Shown here one piece after another: positions 30,173-38,314 of a stretch of 64,000 nt of DNA. Source of the DNA: Candidatus Hydrogenedentota bacterium (GTDB lineage: Bacteria > Hydrogenedentota > Hydrogenedentia > Hydrogenedentales > SLHB01). Below the pieces are notes generated by a model. That model did not search any database and had not been told where the DNA came from. It saw only the letters and a program-made list of their open reading frames with translations. Every line of letters begins with the position of its first letter. Within the stretch, counting starts at the first letter, position 1. A program made the translations under genes and the position numbers. The DNA lies in assembly GCA_963745075.1 (NCBI GenBank), contig CAVUWV010000008.1, forward strand, positions 32,001 through 96,000. The letters run 5' to 3'.

Positions 30173-30414
30173 TCGATTGGTTCTCCCTCTTGACTTTCTG
30201 GATGTTCCAGCAGTGCGCGGGCCGCTTCCGCTTGCGATTCCGGAACGGCAACCTTAACGGCACTGGCGGACGTCGCATACCACTGCAGCCACGTGCCGAC
30301 GACTTCGTCTGAAACGAACGTATTGTAACCGTTTCCGTCAAGGACAGACCGCGCGAAGTCGGCTTGAGCAACCGGACCTTCGAATACGACAACGAGATTT
30401 TCTTCGTGTCCCAT
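30169..30414 (-). CDS. DUF2007-like small protein
   Basis: QADFARSVLDGNG...VKVAVPESQAEAARALL; AGGAGG RBS; ATGA overlap with the next gene. Confidence 0.75.
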   Translation of the reverse strand: MGHEENLVVVFEGPVAQADFARSVLDGNGYNTFVSDEVVGTWLQWYATSASAVKVAVPESQAEAARALLEHPESQEGEPIE

Positions 30415-30435
30415 GGCGCACCTCCTTTCCGTTCG

Positions 30436-30782
30436 CTACGACTCGGCTTCGACGGCGGCGATGAATTCGTCGTTGTACTGGATCGATTCGGGGGCCTTGC
30501 GCCATGTCCGGCGCGGCGCTCCGTGCGGCCTCGGTGACCGGTATAGGGGACGCCGTCTTTCACCCAAAACGCGGCGTGATGATCGCCGAGTACGGCCGTG
30601 CCGCCCTTGTACGTTCCCATGGAGAACTGGACGGAGCCGTCTGGCGACTTCGGCAGCAAGGGTATGACCAGCTTTGCATCGTTGAAAAGAGCCGTCTCTT
30701 TCGGCGTAAAGATCCGTCCGCACCCCAGGACGATGACGGCCAAGACGAGGATTGCGATTGTAACGCGGAGTTTTCGTCCCAT
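30436..30782 (-). pseudogene. Putative lipoprotein interrupted by two +1 indels (pseudogene or sequencing error)
   Basis: MGRKLRVTIAILVLAVIVLGC lipobox. Removing one G near 30539 and one near 30496 restores ...GVPYTVTEAARSAAPDMAQAPESIQYNDEFIAAVEAES*. Confidence 0.6.
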
Positions 30783-30851
30783 AACATACTCCCTCAGTGG
30801 TCCACATCGAGTATGCACCGGAGTGGGGAGTATGTCAACGGGTGCAGAACG

Positions 30852-31007
30852 AAGAACACAGGCGGGGGCGCCTGTGCCACACTCGCTTGCCCGATACTTC
30901 GTCCCTGGTTTTTCATTTCAGGTTTTTGGATAGAGACTGCGGTGGAGATCACAAGACCGACGTGTTTGAGTTAACCGTGTGGCACAGGCGCCCCCACCTG
31001 TGTTCTT
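30852..31007. repeat. REP-like inverted pair, family C (GTGG-CACAGGCG-CCCC-CGCCTGTG)
   Basis: 31-bp arms 30852-30882 and 30977-31007, 1 mismatch. Confidence 0.85.
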
Positions 31008-31083
31008 TGCCTGAGCGCGTGATTGGAATTGCTCCTAACTTGCGCTAGGCTGGACGCCACAACTCGCGAAGGGAGCGCATACC

Positions 31084-32103
31084 ATGAGTTCATTCTTGAT
31101 CGCACCGATGCTGGTGATGGCGGCGGCGGGCACGCATGTGCCGGTGATTCTCGATACGGATATCGGCGACGACATCGACGATACGTGGGCGCTAAACATG
31201 TTGCTGGGATCGCCGGAGGTCAATTTGAAACTCATCGTCACGTCGACCAACGACACGGAACGGAAGACGCGGCTGGTGGCGAAGATCCTCGAAGCGGTGG
31301 GCCGGATGGACGTTCCCATCGGCACGGGAGTCAAGCAGAACGATCGCACCATCAATCAGGAAGCCTGGCTCGGCGATTATTCGCTCGACCACTATTCGGG
31401 CGTCGTGCACGAGGATGGTATCGGCGAGATGATCAACCTAATCAACCAGTCGCCGGAACCCATCGTGCTGTGCGTCATCGGGCCACAACCCAATATTGCC
31501 GCCGCGCTGGAACGGGATCCGTCCATTGCGAAAAAGGCGCGCGTGGTGTCGATGGCGGGCAGCGTGTACATCGGCTACAACGGCAAAGAAAAGCCGAGTC
31601 CCGAGTACAACGTCGCGCACGATGTCGCCTCCGCGCGTACGGTGTTTGCCGCCCCGTGGGAGATCACATACGCGTCCCTCGACATCTGCGGCACGTTGCG
31701 GTTGCAGGGAGAACGGTATGAGGCGGTCGCATCGTCAGACAACCCGAGGGCTGCAGTGACGATCGCCAACTACGACCAGTGGGCCAACCGCAAGAATTAT
31801 CCCGCAAATAGCAGCAGCATCCTGTTCGACACGGCGGCGGCGTACCTTACTTTCAGCGAGAAGTTGTGCGACGTCGAGACGATCGATCTGTCCATCGACG
31901 ACAAGGGCAATACCGTGCCGGACGATGCGAAGGGGCGGCCGGTGCGTTGTGCATTGCGGTGGACCGATCGCGACGCCTTCGAGCAGCTCCTGGTGAAGGC
32001 GTTGACCGGGCCGACGGATCGGGATTCGCGGCGGGTCGGGGATCGGGCCAGCAGTTCGCTTACGTCGCCCAAGCGCGAGCGGCTGGAAAATCCGGGGCAT
32101 TGA
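31084..32103 (+). CDS. Inosine-uridine preferring nucleoside hydrolase family protein
   Basis: DTDIGDDIDD, IGPQPNIA, MAG, EYNV motifs. Confidence 0.85.
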   Translation: MSSFLIAPMLVMAAAGTHVPVILDTDIGDDIDDTWALNMLLGSPEVNLKLIVTSTNDTERKTRLVAKILEAVGRMDVPIGTGVKQNDRTINQEAWLGDYSLDHYSGVVHEDGIGEMINLINQSPEPIVLCVIGPQPNIAAALERDPSIAKKARVVSMAGSVYIGYNGKEKPSPEYNVAHDVASARTVFAAPWEITYASLDICGTLRLQGERYEAVASSDNPRAAVTIANYDQWANRKNYPANSSSILFDTAAAYLTFSEKLCDVETIDLSIDDKGNTVPDDAKGRPVRCALRWTDRDAFEQLLVKALTGPTDRDSRRVGDRASSSLTSPKRERLENPGH

Positions 32104-32148
32104 TTTTGCCGCTTTGCGTGGCTGCAACTCAAGAAAGAACGTGTCCGC

Positions 32149-33735
32149 TGTCGAAACTCTTTGATAATGTCCCCTGGAAAACTCATTAGAAATGTCCCCA
32201 TGGTTGCGGCCTTAGAAAGGAGGCTGCGTGGAAGGGGACATTTTGATGAGTCGCAAGGAGCGTACGCGCAAGTCGGTGTTGGATCGTGTGAAGAGTGGTG
32301 CGTTGAAGCTGCGTGAGGCGGCGGAGATGCTGGGGTTGAGCTACCGGCAGTGTAAGCGGGTGTATGCGCGGTATCGCCGGGAAGGAGATGTAGGGCTGGT
32401 TCACCGGCGGCGCGGGAAGTCGTCTGCGCGGGCCAAGCCCCCGGAAATGCGGGAGAAGGTGCTGGCGCGTTACGAGGAGCGCTACAAGGGCATGGGTCCG
32501 ACGTTGGCGGCCGAGAAGCTGGCGGAGGAGGGTTTGGTGCTGGACCACGAGACGCTGCGGCGCTGGCTGATTGCGGCGGGGCTTTGGCAACGAGCCCGCA
32601 AACGGGGTCCCCATCGAACGCGGCGGCCGCGTAAGGAGCACTTCGGAGAGTTGGTCCAGTTCGACGGCAGTCACCACGCCTGGTTCGGTCCCGACTATCC
32701 CCGAGCGTGTCTGATGAATCTGGTGGACGACGCCACGGGGCGTACCTTGGCTACGATGGATGTCCAAGAAACCACCGAGGCTGCCATGCGGACCCTGTGG
32801 AAGTGGATTGAGCGTTACGGCGTCCCCAAGGCGCTGTATTGTGACCGCAAGACCGTATATGTCACGGAGCGCGAACCGACGGTGGAAGAGCAGTTGGCGG
32901 ACGAAGAACCCTTGACCAGCTTCGGAAAAGCCTGTAAAAAGCTGGGAATTCAGATCATTACCGCCTACAGCCCTCAAGCCAAAGGCCGGGTGGAACGCAA
33001 TCACGGCGTCTATCAAGACCGCCTGTTCCACGAACTGCGCTTACGCCAAATCACCACCATTGAGCAGACCAATGCCTTACTGGAAAACGGCTTCGTCGAC
33101 CACCTCAACGAAAAGTTTGCCCGTCCCGCACAAAAGACGCATAACCTCCACCGTCGGCTCCCCAAGAACGTCGACCTGCGCGACGTGTTCTGCTTTGAAG
33201 AGTACCGTACCGTAGGCAATGACTGGACCGTTCGTCACCAAAACCGCTTTTTCCAAATACACAAAACCAAGAAGCACTTGCCCAAACCGAAGCACAAGGT
33301 CCTCGTACGCACTTGGCTCGATGGAAGCATTCACCTCGTGTACAACGGTCACAAACTCGACTATGAACAACTCGACGAACCGCCGTGCAGACCCGCCAAG
33401 CCCGCCGCGAAAAAGCCCAAGGCCAGCACCCCCCCATCAAAACCAAAACCCCGCCACGACCACCCATGGCGCAAGCGGCGCGTGGCATGATGGCCAGTGG
33501 CATCGGAAAGAACCAATGAGTTTTTCGCTTTGCAGGATTCCGGTTACAAAAAGCCGGGACAGCCACCCCACCCGGGGTGGCTGTCCCGGAACCGTCTATC
33601 CACCTGACGGGCGCTCAGGTCGCTCTCCAGCGTTGCCCTATCCTCCCGCCAAGTCCACCTACTGTAGCAGAAAACAAAAAACAGGGGACATTTCTAACGA
33701 GTTAACACCGGGGACATTTTAATCGAGCTTTGACA
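32149..33735 (+). mobile_element. Insertion sequence, IS1202 family (formerly ISNCY), 1587 bp, 16-bp target duplication
   Basis: Ends TGTC...GACA with repeated AATGTCCCC/GGGGACATT boxes. DR GAAAGAACGTGTCCGC at 32133-32148 and 33736-33751. Confidence 0.92.
32228..33490 (+). CDS. DDE transposase (IS1202/ISNCY)
   Basis: HTH (LGLSYRQCKR); GELVQFDGSHH, VDDAT, LYCD, SPQAKGRVER; C-terminal HPW. Confidence 0.93.
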   Translation: MEGDILMSRKERTRKSVLDRVKSGALKLREAAEMLGLSYRQCKRVYARYRREGDVGLVHRRRGKSSARAKPPEMREKVLARYEERYKGMGPTLAAEKLAEEGLVLDHETLRRWLIAAGLWQRARKRGPHRTRRPRKEHFGELVQFDGSHHAWFGPDYPRACLMNLVDDATGRTLATMDVQETTEAAMRTLWKWIERYGVPKALYCDRKTVYVTEREPTVEEQLADEEPLTSFGKACKKLGIQIITAYSPQAKGRVERNHGVYQDRLFHELRLRQITTIEQTNALLENGFVDHLNEKFARPAQKTHNLHRRLPKNVDLRDVFCFEEYRTVGNDWTVRHQNRFFQIHKTKKHLPKPKHKVLVRTWLDGSIHLVYNGHKLDYEQLDEPPCRPAKPAAKKPKASTPPSKPKPRHDHPWRKRRVA

Positions 33736-33745
33736 GAAAGAACGT

Positions 33746-33820
33746 GTCCGCAGATGGCGCAGATTGTCGCAGATGAAAGCAATACGATGAGGTTCCACAG
33801 ATCACACAGATTTTTACCGA
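33746..33820. repeat. Short C(G/A)CAGAT tandem repeats beside the IS target site
   Basis: ccgcagatggcgcagattgtcgcagat and ccacagatcacacagat. Confidence 0.6.
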
Positions 33821-33890
33821 TGCAAGAAAAAGGCGAGAGTTGAGGATAGAGTATCACACGCTTCGCGTGACCGTGACTTAATTTAAGAAA

Positions 33891-34046
33891 CGGGTATGGT
33901 GCGACTGGTTCAGGGAGGAACCCGCGAGAATCGCGACAGGGATTGGCCCTCTTGACTGTGACTTTGCAGAGTTCCGCCGACAAGCAGAATGCAGTATCGT
34001 CGGCGGACCCACCAGGAGCCTACCCGGGCGTCTTGCGACGGCCGGG
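33891..34046 (+). ncRNA. Candidate structured leader RNA with partial cobalamin-riboswitch-like motifs
   Basis: Closing helix CGGGTA/TACCCG; GCGAGAATC, ACTGTGA, CCAGGAGCCTACC; 9-bp hairpin 33973-34007. Confidence 0.3.
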
Positions 34047-34262
34047 CACTTGGTATCCGATCCGTAAATTCCTATGTAGCACCGGGCCTCAGATTCGTCG
34101 ACCGCGGTTGAGGAGTTTTTGGCCTTTGCAGCGATCACTATGAAATACGCAAGAACTGCGGCAGGGTGCGGTAGAGTTGTGCCCGGCGGGCGGACGCGCT
34201 AAGCTGGTGGGGCAACCACGGGAGAGCGGCGGCATTCATTCACCTATCGGGAGAGAACGACA

Positions 34263-34904
34263 ATGAATCGGTTGACCCGCATGATGATTCTCGCACTTGC
34301 CATTCTGGCCGTATTCTGGGCGCCTGCGGCCCGGGCCGATGTGTCCATCTCGATCACGATTTCGGGGAGTATCGAAGAATTGCTCCCGATTCTGCGGCAG
34401 TTGCAGACCATGGGGGTGGGCACGGGGACCTCGGATGAGGATCCGCTCAAGCTGAACGTCCACAGTGTGATGACGGGGGAAGACATGAATCTTCCGGAGG
34501 CCGCGTCCGCGCCCTCGGAAGCTGCCGCGCCCGCGCCGGAACCCCAACCCGAACCTCCGACGCTTGGTTTCAAAGAAGCGTCCGCGACCCCTGACACTGC
34601 GAAGGCGGGAGAGAGCGTGTTGTTTACGGCAGGGATCAGCGATCCCGACCACGTGGTGGACACGGTGGGGTTGACGGTGGGGGAGATTTCTTTCGATCTG
34701 TTCGATAACGGCGCGAATGGGGATCTCAAGGCCATGGACGGGGTCTGGTCGCGGAATTACGAGCTTCCCACGACGCTGGATCCGGGGGACTATGTGGCCA
34801 TGATCACGGCATACGACGTGAACGGCGCGCCGGTTTTGCGCGGCGAGGCGGAGAACAACCCCGAACCGGTTACGACGGAAGTCTCGTTCAAGGTCGTGAA
34901 ATAA
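34263..34904 (+). CDS. Secreted protein with choice-of-anchor X-like domain
   Basis: Signal peptide (ARA cleavage); LFDNGANGDLKAMDGVWS motif. Confidence 0.7.
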   Translation: MNRLTRMMILALAILAVFWAPAARADVSISITISGSIEELLPILRQLQTMGVGTGTSDEDPLKLNVHSVMTGEDMNLPEAASAPSEAAAPAPEPQPEPPTLGFKEASATPDTAKAGESVLFTAGISDPDHVVDTVGLTVGEISFDLFDNGANGDLKAMDGVWSRNYELPTTLDPGDYVAMITAYDVNGAPVLRGEAENNPEPVTTEVSFKVVK

Positions 34905-35091
34905 TTGTGCGGCCGTCGCAACAACTGACATAATTCCCCCGACGTTCCGAATTGAGTTGATGCAGGCAGCAGTAGTGGTAGTTCGAGGGACACGGCACTT
35001 TTCATAGCCTGCGCAAGATTATCGTTTGGGCCCGGGTGCCGGGCACTGGCCGTGCCCCTCTCTCCATGAAGTACAGGAGGCAGTACCGGAA

Positions 35092-36297
35092 ATGCGTGTC
35101 GCACGGTGTCCCGGCTTGCTCCTGGCGATCTGTGCAACCAACCTCTTCGCGTTTCCCATCTACGCCGCCGACGGCAACGAACTCATCGGAATAGGAGCCG
35201 TTCAAAGCGGGACCGCGGGCGCAGGGGTGGCCGCGCCCCAGGATTCGACGTGGGCGCTGTTGAATCCCGCATCTATCGTAGCACTCGATAAACGGCTCGA
35301 CCTGTCCATCGAGTTTCTCGATCTTTTCCGCGGCTCGGAACCGGAAGGGTTGAATATCGCCGTTAACCCGCACGCGTATCACCTCACCGACCACGGTATG
35401 ATTACCATCCCATCCTTCGGGATGATCTGGCCACTCGAGCACGGCACGCTGGGCTTCGGCCTGTTCGGGGTCCAGGGGAACAACGCCGACTACGATCGAC
35501 CGCGGACGACGCTGGGCCTTTCCCGGGGCAACGACCGGCGGTCCGAGTGGCAGGTCGCCAAGATTCCCATCTCGTACGGATATCAATTCGACAACGGCTG
35601 GGCCGTCGGTGGATCGGTACTTGGCCTAGTGACCGAGTTTCGCACGGACTCGCTTACGTTGAAGCTGCGCCCCACCGAGGGCAACTACGAAAAGGACTGG
35701 GCCCTCGGCATCGGTCTGCAACTCAGCCTCTACAAGGAGTGGGACCGTTTCCGTTTTGGAGCTACGTGGACGTCGCGTCAGGCGGTCCAGCAGTATGACG
35801 AGTACGAAGACATCATCAAGTGGAACCTCGATCTCCCGCAGAAGGTCCAGGTCGGCGTTGGCTGGAAGGTCACGCCCAAGCTGGAATTGCTTGCCGACTA
35901 TAAATGGCAGGACTGGTCGAGAATCAACCAGCTCTCCAAGAAGACGATTAGCGGCGGGCTGGGCTGGATCGACCAGAACATTTTCAAGGTCGGTGCGATT
36001 TACCAGTACAACGACGTATGGACCTTTCGAGCCGGGTTCTCGCACGGGAACGCGCCCGTCACCGAAGAGTTCGTTTTTGCCAACGCCCTTTCACCGGCCA
36101 TCGCCGAGGATCACTTCGCGATGGGCTTTTCCCACCGGCTCAACGATCACCACCAAATCCACCTCGCGTGGACCCACACCTTTGCACGAGATTTGACGGA
36201 CAACGGCCGCGGCGATCTGTTCTCGAAACTGGGGAAGGGCACCAAGATCGAGTACGAGGCGGACGCGTACGTGTTCCAGTACACGTTTATGTTCTGA
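35092..36297 (+). CDS. OmpP1/FadL-family outer membrane transporter
   Basis: GAVQSGTAGAGVA...NPA hatch; LDLPQ; FRAGFSHG; terminal Phe. Start at ATG 35092 after AGGAGG. Confidence 0.85.
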   Translation: MRVARCPGLLLAICATNLFAFPIYAADGNELIGIGAVQSGTAGAGVAAPQDSTWALLNPASIVALDKRLDLSIEFLDLFRGSEPEGLNIAVNPHAYHLTDHGMITIPSFGMIWPLEHGTLGFGLFGVQGNNADYDRPRTTLGLSRGNDRRSEWQVAKIPISYGYQFDNGWAVGGSVLGLVTEFRTDSLTLKLRPTEGNYEKDWALGIGLQLSLYKEWDRFRFGATWTSRQAVQQYDEYEDIIKWNLDLPQKVQVGVGWKVTPKLELLADYKWQDWSRINQLSKKTISGGLGWIDQNIFKVGAIYQYNDVWTFRAGFSHGNAPVTEEFVFANALSPAIAEDHFAMGFSHRLNDHHQIHLAWTHTFARDLTDNGRGDLFSKLGKGTKIEYEADAYVFQYTFMF

Positions 36298-36375
36298 CCA
36301 TCGATAAGTCCGTCCCGACTCTGGGACGGATTTCGGAGTAGATGGAGTCGAATAGAAGACACCGGGGGCGGCAGG

Positions 36376-37299
36376 CTATTCGGTGTCTTCGGCTTCGTAG
36401 AAGGTGGGATCGATGCGGACGAAGTGGCGCAGCATCAGTTCGGCAACAAGACCGAGGCTTACGGTGAGGGCGGCGGTGGCGCCGAGAATGACGCCGCCGG
36501 TGATAAAGATGGTGGCCGAGGTCTGGGCGTGCCCGAAGACTCCTTCCATTACGCCCGCAAGTAATGCGACGGCGGAAACGGCAAACTGCGTCATGCCGAG
36601 TTTTCCGAAGAAATGACCGGGTGCATGGCGGTAGCGGCTGAGGAACCACATGGTTAAGACGTCCAGCGCGCCGCGCGAGAAGCGCTCGAAGCCGTACTTG
36701 GACTTGCCGTAGCGGCGGCGGTGATGCTCGACGGGGATTTCGGCCACGCGGTAGTTCATGCTGTGGGCCAGCACCGGAATTAGCCGGTGCATCTCGCCGT
36801 AAAGTTGGATGTGTTTGACCACGTCGAGCCGCAGCAACTTGAACCCGCAATTCACGTCGTGCAAGGGAACATCGAACAGCCAGGAGACGAAGCCGTTGTA
36901 GATCCGCGACGGCACCGTCTTGTGCAGGGGATCGTGGCGCTTGGCTTTCCAGCCGCAGACCACGTCGCACCCTTCCTCTAACTTTTCCAGGAACCGGGGG
37001 ATTTCCTTGGGGTCGTCCTGCAGGTCGGAGTCCATGGTGAAGACCAGATCGCCATCGGCCCGGGCGAACCCGGCGGCGAGGGCGGCGGACTTCCCGAAGT
37101 TGCCGCGCAACCGGATGATCTTGACCGTGTCGAACCGGTCGCGCAGTTCGCACATGACCTCGAAGGACCCGTCCGTGCTGCCGTCGTCGACGAGCAAAAT
37201 ACGGTGGGCGTGGGGCGCGACGTGTTCGGTAATCCCTTCCACCAGGGGCACCAGGGTCTCGCGCTCGTTGTAGACCGGAATGACGAATGTGATGTTCAT
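36376..37299 (-). CDS. GT2 polyprenol-phosphate glycosyltransferase (ArnC/GtrB-like)
   Basis: VIPVYNE, VDDGSTDGS, NFGKSAAL, MDSDLQDDP, GEMHR; two C-terminal TM helices. Confidence 0.9.
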   Translation of the reverse strand: MNITFVIPVYNERETLVPLVEGITEHVAPHAHRILLVDDGSTDGSFEVMCELRDRFDTVKIIRLRGNFGKSAALAAGFARADGDLVFTMDSDLQDDPKEIPRFLEKLEEGCDVVCGWKAKRHDPLHKTVPSRIYNGFVSWLFDVPLHDVNCGFKLLRLDVVKHIQLYGEMHRLIPVLAHSMNYRVAEIPVEHHRRRYGKSKYGFERFSRGALDVLTMWFLSRYRHAPGHFFGKLGMTQFAVSAVALLAGVMEGVFGHAQTSATIFITGGVILGATAALTVSLGLVAELMLRHFVRIDPTFYEAEDTE

Positions 37300-37646
37300 G
37301 GGCGTCCCAACTGCTTGATTCGCCGCATTGTAGCACGGGCGCAGGGCCGGGCCAATCGGGGGGTACTCGTCATTCGTGAGGACCGGGAAGATGCCGGACT
37401 CTGGCGTTGTTCCTGTCGAGGAGAATGAAGAGCCAAGCTGGAGCCCGGCGCTCCCAGTGGGGCTGTTCTTAGTACCACTCGGTCCCCAAGGTCGATCGGG
37501 GCACCATGGGAAAGCGGCGTACCGTTGAGCGTGCGTTGTGTGTTTGAGTAAATCCGACCCGTGTGGTGGTGTTTTGGTTCCTGGTAACCCGGTACTACCT
37601 TCATTTTCATCGGGATTGGTCTAACTAAGCTGCAAGAGGAATCCGC

Positions 37647-38058
37647 GTGCATCGTTCTCGTGCAACGACGCGTGCCACGGCACGTCTGATCGTTTGTCTC
37701 TATGTGCTCGCTTCGTGCCGTGCGCTGGTACCCGGGACTGTGCGCGACGCAGGCCGCAATGGAGGCCGCGCACCAAGATGCCGCGGAAGCGTCCGTCGCG
37801 GGGGCCCATTCTTGTTGCTCCCTCGCGAAACCTCCCCAGGACTGGTCCGACAAGTCCCCGGCGCCCAGCGCCCCAAAGGTTCGGTGCGCGTTCTGTGAAC
37901 TCGCCAAGGGTCTCGTGACGCCGTCGGCCTACGTCACGGTCTATGTCGACACGGAGACCTTGGTCGAGACCACGCCGATTGCCCACGTCCATCGATTCGC
38001 GTCCCGCTTGTGGGATCCGAGTCTCGCCCGCGATCCTCCCCTGCCGTACCTCGTCTAA
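37647..38058 (+). CDS. DUF2946-like leader protein (signal peptide, CxxC, C-terminal RxPP), apparent +1 indel near 37731
   Basis: Frame 1 gives ...RLIVCLYVLASCRALVP; frame 2 gives GLCAT...HSCC...CAFC...SLARDPPLPYLV*. Removing one C of CCCGGG joins them. Confidence 0.6.
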
Positions 38059-38106
38059 ATAGCTGCCGGTTGCCTTGAACTGTGGAGCAAGAGGCGCTCC
38101 GCGTCA

Positions 38107-38193
38107 CGCGTCATTCTGAGCGAACGCGAAGAATCCCTTTGTTCCGGGATGGCGTGCCGTGTGAGATTCTTCGCGTTCGCTCAGAATGACGCG
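38107..38193. repeat. REP-like inverted pair, family D (GTCATTCTGAGCGAACGCGAAGAATC)
   Basis: Perfect 29-bp inverted repeat 38107-38135 / 38165-38193. Confidence 0.88.
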
Positions 38194-38268
38194 ACGGATT
38201 GTCACGAGCCGGCCGGCTACCTATCACCCCCCAACAGAATCGAGTTCCCCAATTGGTATGGCACAACT

Positions 38269-38303
38269 GCGCCGCGCCCTCCCCCTGGCGTGGCGCGTGG
38301 AGG
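38269..38303 (+). promoter_or_regulatory. Hairpin with anti-SD next to the GGAGG of the DUF1559 gene
   Basis: 10-bp stem 38269-78 / 38287-96; CCTCC at 38278-82 is complementary to SD GGAGG at 38299-38303. Confidence 0.5.
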
Positions 38304-38314
38304 ATGTCTGAATT

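Noticed and set aside
30042..30818. 258-aa ORF spanning three genes
   Set aside because: Read-through created by the indels in the lipoprotein gene; it overlaps the DUF2007 gene out of frame.
32133..32148. IS insertion next to a dif/xrs site, as in some IS1202-family members
   Set aside because: No XerC/XerD-like 28-bp site in the flanks, and the DR is long rather than 5-6 bp.
34205..34232. ZTP riboswitch-like GGTGGGGCAACCACGGGAGAGCG
   Set aside because: Lacks the adjacent upstream GACTGGCG and downstream CGCCTGGG pseudoknot elements; the downstream gene is unrelated to purine or folate metabolism.
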